NCBI GenBank assembly: GCA_035549255.1
Contig: DASZRD010000004.1
Span: forward strand, 72,667 to 136,666
From: Minisyncoccota bacterium
Lineage (GTDB): Bacteria; Patescibacteriota; Minisyncoccia; Phycocordibacterales; SBAW01
DNA: 64,000 bases
Direction: 5' to 3'
Both the position numbers and the translations under genes were made by a program. Shown here one piece after another: positions 24,921 to 34,238 of this stretch. The notes beneath the pieces were generated by a model that worked only from the letters and a program-made list of their open reading frames with translations, was not told the DNA's origin and searched no databases. Numbering within the stretch: position 1 is the first letter of the stretch; every line of letters starts with the position of its first letter.

Positions 24921-25475
24921 TTAATGGAGCCAGTAGGTCCTGATCGTCATCGAATAGTCGTTGTTGCCGCCCTTGGGGTCGGCCGTGAAGTCGATCTTCT
25001 CCACGTCGATAATGCGCAGGCTGTGTTCAAGATCCTGCAGGAACGCGAGGAAATCATCGTAGGATGCGTTCACTGCGAAACCGAGCGTAACCGAGCCGAC
25101 CAGGTCTCCGGCATTGCCGGCTGTAAGCGCGGTCGAGGCGCCGGACGAGCCCGAGATGGTGCCGAGCTGTACGTCCTTGAGCGAGAGGCCGTGGCGCGCC
25201 GCGATGTTATTGATGTCGATAATGAGGTGGATATTATCGACATTGTCCGGGAGCACGTCCTCGAGCTTGCTCTTCTCGTCCGCCGAGAAGGTGTTGAAGG
25301 CGGCGACCTTCTGGTCACGGATCGTGCGCAGCTGCTGGGATTTGTTAAGCGCATCGTCATACGTAGCCACCTCCGTCTGGATACTCTTGGTGCCCTCATA
25401 CCAAGGATTGGTAAACCCTATGAAAAGGCCGACAGCTGCCACTACTAATACGATGGGTACGATAAGTCCTCTCAT
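24921..25475 (-). CDS. pilO: type IV pilus assembly protein PilO
   Basis: TM and coiled coil, ASYDDFLAFLQDLEHSLRIIDV. Confidence 0.85.
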   Translation of the reverse strand: MRGLIVPIVLVVAAVGLFIGFTNPWYEGTKSIQTEVATYDDALNKSQQLRTIRDQKVAAFNTFSADEKSKLEDVLPDNVDNIHLIIDINNIAARHGLSLKDVQLGTISGSSGASTALTAGNAGDLVGSVTLGFAVNASYDDFLAFLQDLEHSLRIIDVEKIDFTADPKGGNNDYSMTIRTYWLH

Positions 25476-26116
25476 GGCGTTGTAGTTGCGGTGCTGGTGC
25501 TCGAGGCGCCCGCGTCTCCAGGGGGAAGCGTCTGCTGGGTGAGATTCTTGCTGAAGAGGATGAGCGAAGGATCGACGTCCGCAGTCACCTTGAAGGAGAC
25601 CGTGCCGTCGGTATTGACGGCGATATCGGAGAAGATGACGTCCTTGAGCATCTTGCTGCCGCCGAACTGGTCGCTCTGGAGCGCAACGGTCGAGAAGCTG
25701 TCGGCAATGCCGCTGAGTGAGATCGACGGCGTGCCGTCGGCGCCTATCGAGTAGCTGAAGTCCGTGAGCTGCACCTTGGCAAGCGTCTGCTGCGCCAGGA
25801 AGAAGAAGATAGTAGACGGCTCGAGGTGCTTCTGCAGAATGACGCGTGCCTGCTGGATGCGCGTGTCAAACCGCACGAGCGCCTGAATGGTCGGCAAGTC
25901 GTAGGAATCTTGGTACTTCTGGAGCGAAGCCTTTTTGGAATTAAGCGAGCTCTGCAAATAGCCGCTGTAGAGGAAGGCAGCGGCAGCAGCGACGATAGAC
26001 GCGATGAATATAAGGAGGGCGACGATGAAGATCAGGCTCGCAGCACCTCCGTGGCCGCCGCGTGCGTCGTTGAGAGGTTTCTTCGGTATGAAAGAGGCCT
26101 GAACTGAAGGGTCCAT
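25472..26116 (-). CDS. pilN: type IV pilus assembly protein, PilN-like
   Basis: SFIPKK plus TM, ISLSGIADSF, lies between pilM and pilO. Confidence 0.75.
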   Translation of the reverse strand: MDPSVQASFIPKKPLNDARGGHGGAASLIFIVALLIFIASIVAAAAAFLYSGYLQSSLNSKKASLQKYQDSYDLPTIQALVRFDTRIQQARVILQKHLEPSTIFFFLAQQTLAKVQLTDFSYSIGADGTPSISLSGIADSFSTVALQSDQFGGSKMLKDVIFSDIAVNTDGTVSFKVTADVDPSLILFSKNLTQQTLPPGDAGASSTSTATTTP

Positions 26117-26164
26117 TAGATTCAAGTATACCGCCTAAAAATTGCTATATGTTCTCTATCAACA

Positions 26165-27268
26165 CTAGCCGACTTCCTGGAGCCGACGAAGTGCCAAGCC
26201 GACCGCGACCGCGAACTCCGGCCCCGCCTCCTTTAATATGCCTTCGAGGAACGCGGGCGCCTGCGCCTTGCTGAAGGGGTCGGCGAGGCGGATCTCGTTC
26301 TGGATCTTAGTCTGGGCGAATTGTTTGAAGCCCTTGAGCCCCGCCCCACCACCGGTTACGACCAGGTTCCCCAGCGTCTGGTTGGTGCGCTGCTCGTAAC
26401 CCACGACCGTGCGCGAGAGCTCCGACATGAGGGGCCCGAGGGAGAGCTGGAGCGACTGCACCAGGTTCTGGGTCTGGTCGTTCATCTGCTCCGGGCCCGG
26501 CATGAGGCCCACCTTGCGCTTGAGTTCCTCGGCCTGCGCGACCGTGACCCCGAGCGCGCGTGAAGCGGCCAGGGTGAGGTCCTGGCTGCCGTGGTTGATG
26601 ATGTGGCTCTCGTGGATGAGGCCGCGCTCGACCACGTAGAACTTGGTGGTCGCAGCGCCCATATCAATCACAGCCACGGGGGCAAGCCCGTGGTCGAGCG
26701 CAGCGCGCACGGCGCTGAAGACCTCGATCTCGAAGAATGCGACCGCAAGCGAGGCGTCGCTCGCGATCGAGCGGAACTTGGCGATCGTATCGTTGTGGAT
26801 CGCGACAAGGAGCACGTCGATCTTGCCCGGCTCGCTGCTTTTCGTTCCCGACGACCCGCCCGAGACGACGAACCAGTCGAGCAGCACTTCGTTGATGGGA
26901 ACCGGGATATACTTGCGTGCCTCGATCGGCACCACCTGGGCGAGCTGCTTCTCTACAGTCGCCGGAAGCTTAATGATAGATATGAGGCTCGATGAGTACG
27001 GGATCGAGACCGCGGCGTCCTGCGTCGTCACATTGGCCTCGCGGATGACATCTTTGAGCGCTTCTGCTATCTTCTCCGCCGGGAGCGAGGTCGCCCTGCC
27101 GATCTCGACTCCCGCGTAGGGGCCCAGCGCGATGGCGCCATAGGTCTCCAGCAGCACTCTGCCCTTCTCGCGCCTGAGCTGCACCACCTTTATGGAGGAC
27201 GTGCCGATATCGACGCCCAGCACGCTCTTGGATTCCTGCGAGAATAACTTCGAAAACGAGAAGTCCAT
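26165..27268 (-). CDS. pilM: type IV pilus assembly protein PilM
   Basis: LGVDIGTSSIKVVQL, EARKYIPVP, DMGAATT, TGGGA, AVAVGLALR. Confidence 0.95.
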   Translation of the reverse strand: MDFSFSKLFSQESKSVLGVDIGTSSIKVVQLRREKGRVLLETYGAIALGPYAGVEIGRATSLPAEKIAEALKDVIREANVTTQDAAVSIPYSSSLISIIKLPATVEKQLAQVVPIEARKYIPVPINEVLLDWFVVSGGSSGTKSSEPGKIDVLLVAIHNDTIAKFRSIASDASLAVAFFEIEVFSAVRAALDHGLAPVAVIDMGAATTKFYVVERGLIHESHIINHGSQDLTLAASRALGVTVAQAEELKRKVGLMPGPEQMNDQTQNLVQSLQLSLGPLMSELSRTVVGYEQRTNQTLGNLVVTGGGAGLKGFKQFAQTKIQNEIRLADPFSKAQAPAFLEGILKEAGPEFAVAVGLALRRLQEVG

Positions 27269-27304
27269 TTCCCCAAGTATACCACTGCCTGCACGCGACA
27301 TACT

Positions 27305-27907
27305 ATGATTTCTTCACTTTTCTCGCATCTCCTGCGCGCAATCATTCCGATGCGCCGCACCGAAGCGCTCGTCGACGCGCTTACGACAGCGGACCTCGAG
27401 CGCTTGCGCGCGAGCGACGGGCTCCCCTACCGAAATACAAGCGTGTGTGCACTTATCTGGGAACTCAAGTACAACAAAAATCCGCAAGCGCTTGCGCTTG
27501 CGGGAGAATTTATTGCCGAAGAGCTGCTCGGCATCGCCGCGGAAGAAATCGGCACGCCGCTCCTCATACCGGTGCCGATGCATGCCAAGCGCCGGCGCGA
27601 GCGCGGCCACAACCAGACCGAGTCTTTATGCAAAGCCGCGCTCGCGCATCTGGGCACCACATACGAGTACGCGCCGGAGGCACTCGCGCGCATGCGCGAG
27701 ACCGTACGCCAGCAGGGGCTCCCGCGCCGCAAGCGGCTTACCAACGTCGAGCGGTCGATGGAAGTGATCGATGCCGAGAAGGTGCGCGGGCGCGTCTGCA
27801 TCGTCGTCGACGACGTCTCGACCACGGGCGCGACGTTAGCCGAGGCGGCTCGAGCTTTGCGCAAAGCGAAAGCGCGGCGGGTGTATACCGTCGCGCTTGC
27901 TCGCTAA
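27305..27907 (+). CDS. comF: ComF family competence phosphoribosyltransferase-like protein
   Basis: LIPVPMH..RRRERGHNQ, IVVDDVSTTGATL. Confidence 0.9.
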   Translation: MISSLFSHLLRAIIPMRRTEALVDALTTADLERLRASDGLPYRNTSVCALIWELKYNKNPQALALAGEFIAEELLGIAAEEIGTPLLIPVPMHAKRRRERGHNQTESLCKAALAHLGTTYEYAPEALARMRETVRQQGLPRRKRLTNVERSMEVIDAEKVRGRVCIVVDDVSTTGATLAEAARALRKAKARRVYTVALAR

Positions 27908-27920
27908 CGTATTCCGGCTT

Positions 27921-28676
27921 TTAGAAGAAGCCGAAGAGGCTGTGGACGAACCCGCCGATGAGGCCCATGAACCCGCCGATCGGGTTGCCGTGCGCGGCGG
28001 CGCCGCTCGAGCTGGGTGCCCCGCCCTGGTCGATGACCGATGAGGCGGCGACGGCATTGCCGTTCACCGTACCCTGTACGAGCAGGTTGTCGCCGACCGC
28101 GACGTTGGAGATTGTCGCGGATGAGGCGCCCTTCTTGGTTATGGTCGCGCTCGACGCATCGATCGTGTACGTTACGTTGCTCTTGTTGGTGATCGTTATG
28201 GTCGAGCCGCTTACCGCCGTGACGCTGCCGCCGACGACTGGCTCGCCGTTGCCCGCGATCGCAGGCGTCGTTGTTGCGTGCTTCATGCCGTTTGCTGGGC
28301 GCATGCCCATCTTCATAAATCCGTCGCGGATCGTCTTGGCCGCGACCGACGTGCCGCTCACCGTCCCCTGCACCACGACCGCGTCATTGACTGCGATTGC
28401 GGAGAGGGTCGAGGTCGCGCCGTCTTTGAGGACCGTGGCGCCGGAGGCGTCGACCGTGTAGGTGGTCGTTGCGGTATTCTTGCCGAAGCCGCGCGCCTCA
28501 AGCGTAAGCGAGGTCGCGCCGACACTTGATACGATGCCGAAGACGCCCGGCATCATGCGGCCTTGCATGCCGCCCCACATAGGGTGCGAAGGGGTCTGCG
28601 CGAAGGCGGGCGCCGCCATGAGGAGGGAGCCGAGCACCGCACCCGAGGTAATAAGGGAACCAAGCTTATATTTCAT
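27921..28676 (-). CDS. secreted protein with two DUF5666-like OB repeats
   Basis: Signal peptide ending AFA, duplicated TYTVDASxAT...VxVQGTVxG..VAA. Confidence 0.75.
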   Translation of the reverse strand: MKYKLGSLITSGAVLGSLLMAAPAFAQTPSHPMWGGMQGRMMPGVFGIVSSVGATSLTLEARGFGKNTATTTYTVDASGATVLKDGATSTLSAIAVNDAVVVQGTVSGTSVAAKTIRDGFMKMGMRPANGMKHATTTPAIAGNGEPVVGGSVTAVSGSTITITNKSNVTYTIDASSATITKKGASSATISNVAVGDNLLVQGTVNGNAVAASSVIDQGGAPSSSGAAAHGNPIGGFMGLIGGFVHSLFGFF

Positions 28677-28746
28677 ATATAGTCAGGAACGCTGGTAAAC
28701 GAACCTTGCCTGAACATATACGGAAGACGGGCAAGGAGCGGTGCGC

Positions 28747-30402
28747 TTACGCGCTGTCTTCATCGATGAGCCCGAGCTTGATAAGCCTTGCCCGTATGGC
28801 GCCTCGCTGACGGCCGAAACGGGTCGAGAGCTCCTTTTGGGAAGCGTTTGAGAGAAAAAGCTCCTTGAGCGACTCGTCCTCCTCCCTGCTCCAAGGGCGG
28901 TACGCGTTGGGATGCTTCTGGCGCAGGAGGTCGAGCTTGGAAAGCGGCGCCTCCTGCGGAACTTTCGCGACGGGCTCGACCGAGCCGCCGCATGCTTTGA
29001 CGAAATTCTTCTGCATGGCGGAGAGCTCCTGCTCGGGCAAGGCGAAGAAGGCCCGGCGCGCGGCGTCAGACGCCGCGCGCAGTTCGCGGTCTTTCTCTAT
29101 GATCTCGGGATGCACTTCAAGCGCGCGTTCATTGAGCCCCGCAAGTGAAAGGCCATTTAACGTGCGCACGCGAGAGAGCGCGACGTATCCCTGCCCGTAT
29201 TCAAAAGCATTCGAGAGGTCCATATGCGCAGCATCGAGCGACATCCCCTGGCTTTTATGCACAGTCATCGCCCACGCGAGCCTAAGCGGCAGCTGCGTAA
29301 TCTGCGCGAGCACCCGCCCCTGGTCGATAATCTGCCATTCGACCGGCTCTACTACCAGACTTCTGCCGCTGTTCGTTCGCACAACCGGATACCCGGTCTG
29401 CGCGAAGCCAGTCACGATGCCGAGCGTGCCATTGACATACGAGCGTCCTGCGAAATCATTCTTGGTGAACATGACGCGCGCGCCGACCTTGAGCGAAAGC
29501 ATCTCGGGCGAGAGGCAGCCGCGCTTGAGCCCCTCAATCAATCGCTCCGATCCATGGCTCGTCATGGAGAAGACCCGCGTAGGCTCGCCGATCTTCGCGA
29601 GCTCCTGATCATTAATCGTATTGACGTCCGCATTATGCGAGAAAAGCTGCGTAATCCCCGCCTCAGCCCTGGCCTTGCGACGGCCGGCGAGCATCTCGCG
29701 GTGCGTGTCGTCGATATCGCCGCTGCGTATGGCGCCGAGGATTTGGAGGAAGTCGTCGTCTTCTTGGCGATGCTGCTCTTCGAGGTAACAAACGATTGGA
29801 TTAAGCGACTTCCACGCGGAAGAACTAAAAGCAAATTGTGTGGAAAGGTTGGAAACAGAGCCTCTGACCTCGGACTCCCTTCGCTCATGCTCGACAACCG
29901 GCTCTATTTCCAACCCCTTAGACCCGCCAAACAAATCTACCTCTTCCTTACTATCCTCACGCGAGACAACCGGCGGCAGCTGGAAGAAATCTCCGACGAG
30001 GAGTACCTGCAGCCCGCCGAAGGGCTGATGGTTCTCCCGCACTTCCCTGCATACCGCCTCGACCATACTGAAGGTCGCAGCCGAGAGCATCGAGATCTCA
30101 TCAATTATTAAAATTTTCGCGCTGCGCACGCGGTTCGCCACCTTCTCGTTCTGCGCGATGCGGTCGAGGTCGTAGGATGAGAGATGCTTCTTGATGCCGA
30201 TGCCGCTCCACGAGTGGATCGTATAGCCTCCGATGTGGGTCGCCGCGATGCCGGTCGAAGCCGTGATCGAGGGCTCGATACCATGCGAATGCAGCCATGC
30301 GACATACGCATTGACCGTATACGTCTTGCCGCTGCCCGGCTCGCCGGTGAGGAACACGTTCGCGCCGGTCTTCAGTATCGCGAGCGCCTCATCTTGAGTC
30401 AT
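28747..30402 (-). CDS. PIF1-family helicase with a C-terminal HTH
   Basis: LTGEPGSGKT, TASTGIAA, IIDEISM, FGGLQV..GDFFQLPPV, QLPLRLAWAMTVHKSQGMSL, YVALSR. Confidence 0.92.
   Translation of the reverse strand: MTQDEALAILKTGANVFLTGEPGSGKTYTVNAYVAWLHSHGIEPSITASTGIAATHIGGYTIHSWSGIGIKKHLSSYDLDRIAQNEKVANRVRSAKILIIDEISMLSAATFSMVEAVCREVRENHQPFGGLQVLLVGDFFQLPPVVSREDSKEEVDLFGGSKGLEIEPVVEHERRESEVRGSVSNLSTQFAFSSSAWKSLNPIVCYLEEQHRQEDDDFLQILGAIRSGDIDDTHREMLAGRRKARAEAGITQLFSHNADVNTINDQELAKIGEPTRVFSMTSHGSERLIEGLKRGCLSPEMLSLKVGARVMFTKNDFAGRSYVNGTLGIVTGFAQTGYPVVRTNSGRSLVVEPVEWQIIDQGRVLAQITQLPLRLAWAMTVHKSQGMSLDAAHMDLSNAFEYGQGYVALSRVRTLNGLSLAGLNERALEVHPEIIEKDRELRAASDAARRAFFALPEQELSAMQKNFVKACGGSVEPVAKVPQEAPLSKLDLLRQKHPNAYRPWSREEDESLKELFLSNASQKELSTRFGRQRGAIRARLIKLGLIDEDSA
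29844..29919. repeat. palindromic element inserted in frame in the PIF1 helicase
   Basis: Arms GGTTGGAAACAGAGCC (29847) and GGCTCTATTTCCAACC (to 29915) are 15/16 complementary. Confidence 0.75.
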
Positions 30403-30427
30403 GGAGGGATTGTAGCTGCAAATACAC

Positions 30428-31573
30428 TCACTTCCAAACAGAAGCGGCGCGGAGCACTACCTCGCATAATCGTTTATAGATAACGTCTTCGGAGAGCGCT
30501 TCTCGCAGGCGCTGTCGCTCGTCATCACTGATCCCCCGCGCAATAATCGCTTTTACCAGCGCAAAAACGTCGTCAGGCGAGGTGAAATCCGCTATCAGGC
30601 GCTCGAGGCCGACCCGTTGAAACACTTCGGCGACACCAGTGTTGCGGCCCGTGAGAGCGGGCGTGCCTGCTGCGACCGCCTCAGCTGCGACATTGCCGAA
30701 CGTCTCAAACAGCGACGGGCACATCACGGCACCGCATGACGCGTAGAAAGCGGCGAGGTCCGCCGTATCGCGCGGCGGCAAAAACGACAGGTGCGGCTTG
30801 GCGATCGCCGCCTCCTGAGCCGGCAAAAGGTCGGAGATCAGGCGCAGGCGGTACGGCTCGTCGAGCGCCTCGTTACGTTCGAATAACGCCTCGAGAAATT
30901 CTGTATTCTTTACCGGCTCCCAGCGCAGGACAAAACCGAGTGCCTGCGGCTCGCGCGTGCTCGCCTGGTTAAAGAAAATATCCGGAACGCTATTAGGAAT
31001 AATATGCGTCTGCCGGCTGGATATCGGGAACGATCGAGCCGCTTGAACGCGCGCTAGTTCAGACGGAAATATACACGGGCCATCATCGGCGAAGTCGCTT
31101 TCTATGGCGCGCGCAAGCTGTCGTGCCGACGCGTTGGCGCCTACGCTCTCCTGTTCCGCCGAGCCATGATAGTGCAAGATCGCGGGTATACCCAACGCGC
31201 GGGCGGCCATGAGGAGGCACCATGGGCGGAAATACGTGCCGTTGATAAGGACCACGTCGGGCTGGATCTCTTCCAACTTGCGAATGTACGCCTCAGTAAG
31301 CGGAGCCATCGCGCGGCGCATGTCTTCGAGCGTGCGGCTCTGCGCAAGCGCGCGCTTGTAGAAATTGGGGGACATGCGTGCCGACCAGCCGACGGTTCCT
31401 TCAACCTCATAGGGTTCCCAGGAAACGGACAAGGGGCCGTCGGCGACGCTGCCGATGGCGAGCGGAATTATCTCGATGGGAGTCCCTGAACGCCGCACAT
31501 ACGATGCAAATTGGGAAAACACGCGGCCAAGCCCCCCGACCTTCTTCATTTGCACATTCGTTACTATCTTCAT
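30428..31573 (-). CDS. glycosyltransferase family 4
   Basis: GGLGRVF, IIPNSV, CPSLFETFGNVAAEAVAAGTP (EX7E motif). Start placed at MKIVTN after GGAGG. Confidence 0.88.
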   Translation of the reverse strand: MKIVTNVQMKKVGGLGRVFSQFASYVRRSGTPIEIIPLAIGSVADGPLSVSWEPYEVEGTVGWSARMSPNFYKRALAQSRTLEDMRRAMAPLTEAYIRKLEEIQPDVVLINGTYFRPWCLLMAARALGIPAILHYHGSAEQESVGANASARQLARAIESDFADDGPCIFPSELARVQAARSFPISSRQTHIIPNSVPDIFFNQASTREPQALGFVLRWEPVKNTEFLEALFERNEALDEPYRLRLISDLLPAQEAAIAKPHLSFLPPRDTADLAAFYASCGAVMCPSLFETFGNVAAEAVAAGTPALTGRNTGVAEVFQRVGLERLIADFTSPDDVFALVKAIIARGISDDERQRLREALSEDVIYKRLCEVVLRAASVWK

Positions 31574-31583
31574 AGTGCCTCCC

Positions 31584-33806
31584 CTATGATGCGGCGGCTT
31601 GGGCAAGCGTCTTGATAAGTTCCATCGCCCAGCGGTACACGTTGTAATTGCTGACGATACCGCGCAGCGCTCGCATCCGCCGATATTGTTCTGACAGAGG
31701 CATCTCAAGCGCGTGCTTAAGCGCGGCGGCGATTTCCTCGGGAGAATACGGGTTGATGATGAGCGCCGAGGTCAGCTCGCGCGCCGCGCCGGTGAACGCG
31801 CTCAATATGAGCACGCCGGAAGATTCATGCTCGGCGATATACTCCTTTGCCACCAGGTTCATGCCGTCATGCAGCGAGGTAACGAGGCAAACCTGTGCGG
31901 CGCGGTACAACGGACGCAGTTCTTGATGCGAGAGATGTCTGCGCACGAAGACGATGGGCTTCCATGACGCGGACTGCAGACTTTCGTTGATGCGCTCGAC
32001 CTCCTGCTCCACCTCGACACCATATTGCCGGTACCTCTGAACGGCCTCGCGGCTCGGCGCGGCGATTTGCACGAACGTGAGCCGTTTGCGGTACTCCGGG
32101 TACAAGATGAAGAACTGCTCAATGCCGCGCAAGCGCTCAACGATCCCCTTCGTATAGTCGAGCCGGTCGACGCCCAGCGCGACAAGATCGGTCCGCACGC
32201 CGTACTCCGCAAATGGCTTCTCTGCAGGCGCAGCCTGCTTGGGCGCGTTGTTGCTATTGGTGAAAGGGATCGATATGGGGAACGGCTTCACGTACGAGGT
32301 ATGACCCCCGCTGGTAATGGAGAAATGTTCGAAGTCTATCTTGGATTCGATCTCCTTGCCGACCGTCTCAAGGAAGAGGTTGCAATGCTGCTGGACATGG
32401 AAGCCTATGAGGTCGGCTCCGAGCATGCCTTCGAGAATTTCCTTCCGCCACGGGCAGATGCTGAATTGCTCCGCCGTCGGCCAGGGATGATGCCAGAAGA
32501 GCGCGACCTGCGCATCGGGGCGGCTGCGCTTGATGATGCGCGGTACAAGCGCGAAATGCAGGTCCTGCACGAGCACGAGCGGCTGCTCGATATGGCGGAT
32601 TTCGGCAAGGAGCGCCTCAGCAAATTTCGCATTGACGCGACGATATGCCGCCCAATCCGCAGGCCTGAAGACAGGACGCGTATGCGTCATGAGACATAGC
32701 GGGAAGAGCGCCTCATTAGAGAAGCCGACATAATGGCCTTGCACCTCTTCGTCGGTGAGCCATATCCTCTTGAGCGCGTAGCGCGGCTCTTCCGGCGGCA
32801 CCATGATCGTATCGTTCTCATCAACGACGGTCCGGTCAGCATCGCCGCTGCCATACGCGATCCACATTCCCCCGCAGGCCTGCATAAGCGCGTCGATGGC
32901 GGTCACCATGCCGTGGGCGGGCACGCTATATGCCACGCCCTTTTTCGTCTTCTTGTGCACGTACGGCTCCCGGTTGGACACGATAAAGATCTGCTTGTTC
33001 TTGAAATATGCCTTCATAAACTCCTGCAAGCGCTGCGCCGTCCATGGCGAATCGAGCTTTTCGAGGCGCATGCGGGCTTCCTCGCTCGCGCTGTAGCGCG
33101 CTTGCCGGAGGCTCTTGTTCACTTTAAAAAGCTCCGCGGTGACGGGCGCGAATATCCCTCTCTGATCGAATGCTTCTTCCTGCATCTCGCCGCGCCGTAT
33201 CGCCCCGAGCGCGGTGGTGACGCGCGCCAGCGAGCTGCGGAACACGAACCTGAACAAGAGCACAAGCATGCCGCCCAGCACGAGCATGACGGCAAGTATC
33301 TTTTCGATATTGGTCTCCCAGATATACGCGACACTGTCGTCGATATATTGCGCGTTCTGTGCCACCAGGAGTGCGCCGATCACGTTTGAATTCGCATCAG
33401 CGAGGGGCGATATATAGACATAGGTCGTGCTGGTCGCGACACGCGTGACCACGCCGACCGAAACGGCGCTGTCCATTACGCCGCTTACTGAGGACGTGCT
33501 TACGAGACCGGGGACGAACGCAACCGAGCGGGCTACGATCGCGCCGGTGTTATCGTATACGGCAATGCCTGCAATGCGCTCATTCTCTGCGATATGATTT
33601 ATGGTTTTCTGGACGCTTGTCGTCGCCTGTTGCTCAAACGACGGCTTGATCGACTCTTCGAGGCTGTCGGAGAGAACGCGGGTTCGGTATTGCAGATCCG
33701 AAACGAGATCCGCCCGTTCGCTCGTTGCCTGCGTGTAGGCGAACGCAAGGAGCAGCACCATAAGTGCGGCAAACCCGCTGCCCGCAATGAGATACATTCG
33801 TTGCAT
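31584..33806 (-). CDS. otsA: trehalose-6-phosphate synthase (GT20) with an N-terminal TM-extracytoplasmic-TM module
   Basis: IVSNREPY, GFSNEALFPLC, VQDLHF, LGVDRLDYTKGI, DGMNLVAKEY, LILSAFTGAA. Roughly 260 extra N-terminal residues carry two TMs. Confidence 0.88.
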   Translation of the reverse strand: MQRMYLIAGSGFAALMVLLLAFAYTQATSERADLVSDLQYRTRVLSDSLEESIKPSFEQQATTSVQKTINHIAENERIAGIAVYDNTGAIVARSVAFVPGLVSTSSVSGVMDSAVSVGVVTRVATSTTYVYISPLADANSNVIGALLVAQNAQYIDDSVAYIWETNIEKILAVMLVLGGMLVLLFRFVFRSSLARVTTALGAIRRGEMQEEAFDQRGIFAPVTAELFKVNKSLRQARYSASEEARMRLEKLDSPWTAQRLQEFMKAYFKNKQIFIVSNREPYVHKKTKKGVAYSVPAHGMVTAIDALMQACGGMWIAYGSGDADRTVVDENDTIMVPPEEPRYALKRIWLTDEEVQGHYVGFSNEALFPLCLMTHTRPVFRPADWAAYRRVNAKFAEALLAEIRHIEQPLVLVQDLHFALVPRIIKRSRPDAQVALFWHHPWPTAEQFSICPWRKEILEGMLGADLIGFHVQQHCNLFLETVGKEIESKIDFEHFSITSGGHTSYVKPFPISIPFTNSNNAPKQAAPAEKPFAEYGVRTDLVALGVDRLDYTKGIVERLRGIEQFFILYPEYRKRLTFVQIAAPSREAVQRYRQYGVEVEQEVERINESLQSASWKPIVFVRRHLSHQELRPLYRAAQVCLVTSLHDGMNLVAKEYIAEHESSGVLILSAFTGAARELTSALIINPYSPEEIAAALKHALEMPLSEQYRRMRALRGIVSNYNVYRWAMELIKTLAQAAAS

Positions 33807-33870
33807 AGGGTATTCTATCCGTTGTACTACAACGGAACTAGAAAAACAAAAGCCCGCGCTGATCGCGAGA

Positions 33871-34134
33871 TCAGCTCTCGATATCCTTTTTCTTCTCGTC
33901 GAATTCGGCTTTGGTGATCTCCCCCTTGGCGTAGCGCTCCTTGAGGACATCGAGTGCGGAGTTGTGCATCCACGGGTGGTGATACGGCCCACCCATCATC
34001 CACGGCCCGCGGCGATGCCAGCCGAACGCCCATCGAACGATCCACACGATCACAATAATAAGGACGACCCACGAGAGTATCGAGAGAAATGCTCCCGGCC
34101 CCGGGTAGGGGCCGTATGTATATCCCCACATCAT
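33871..34134 (-). CDS. SHOCT domain membrane protein
   Basis: SALDVLKERYAKGEITKAEFDEKKK. Confidence 0.9.
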   Translation of the reverse strand: MMWGYTYGPYPGPGAFLSILSWVVLIIVIVWIVRWAFGWHRRGPWMMGGPYHHPWMHNSALDVLKERYAKGEITKAEFDEKKKDIES

Positions 34135-34238
34135 GGTTCTAGTATAGCATTTTAGTGCTAAAAACATAGATATATATATCGACAAATTAAATAAATAATA
34201 GTAATTTCTAATCCAGAAGTAACCAAGAGGAGTCCACT

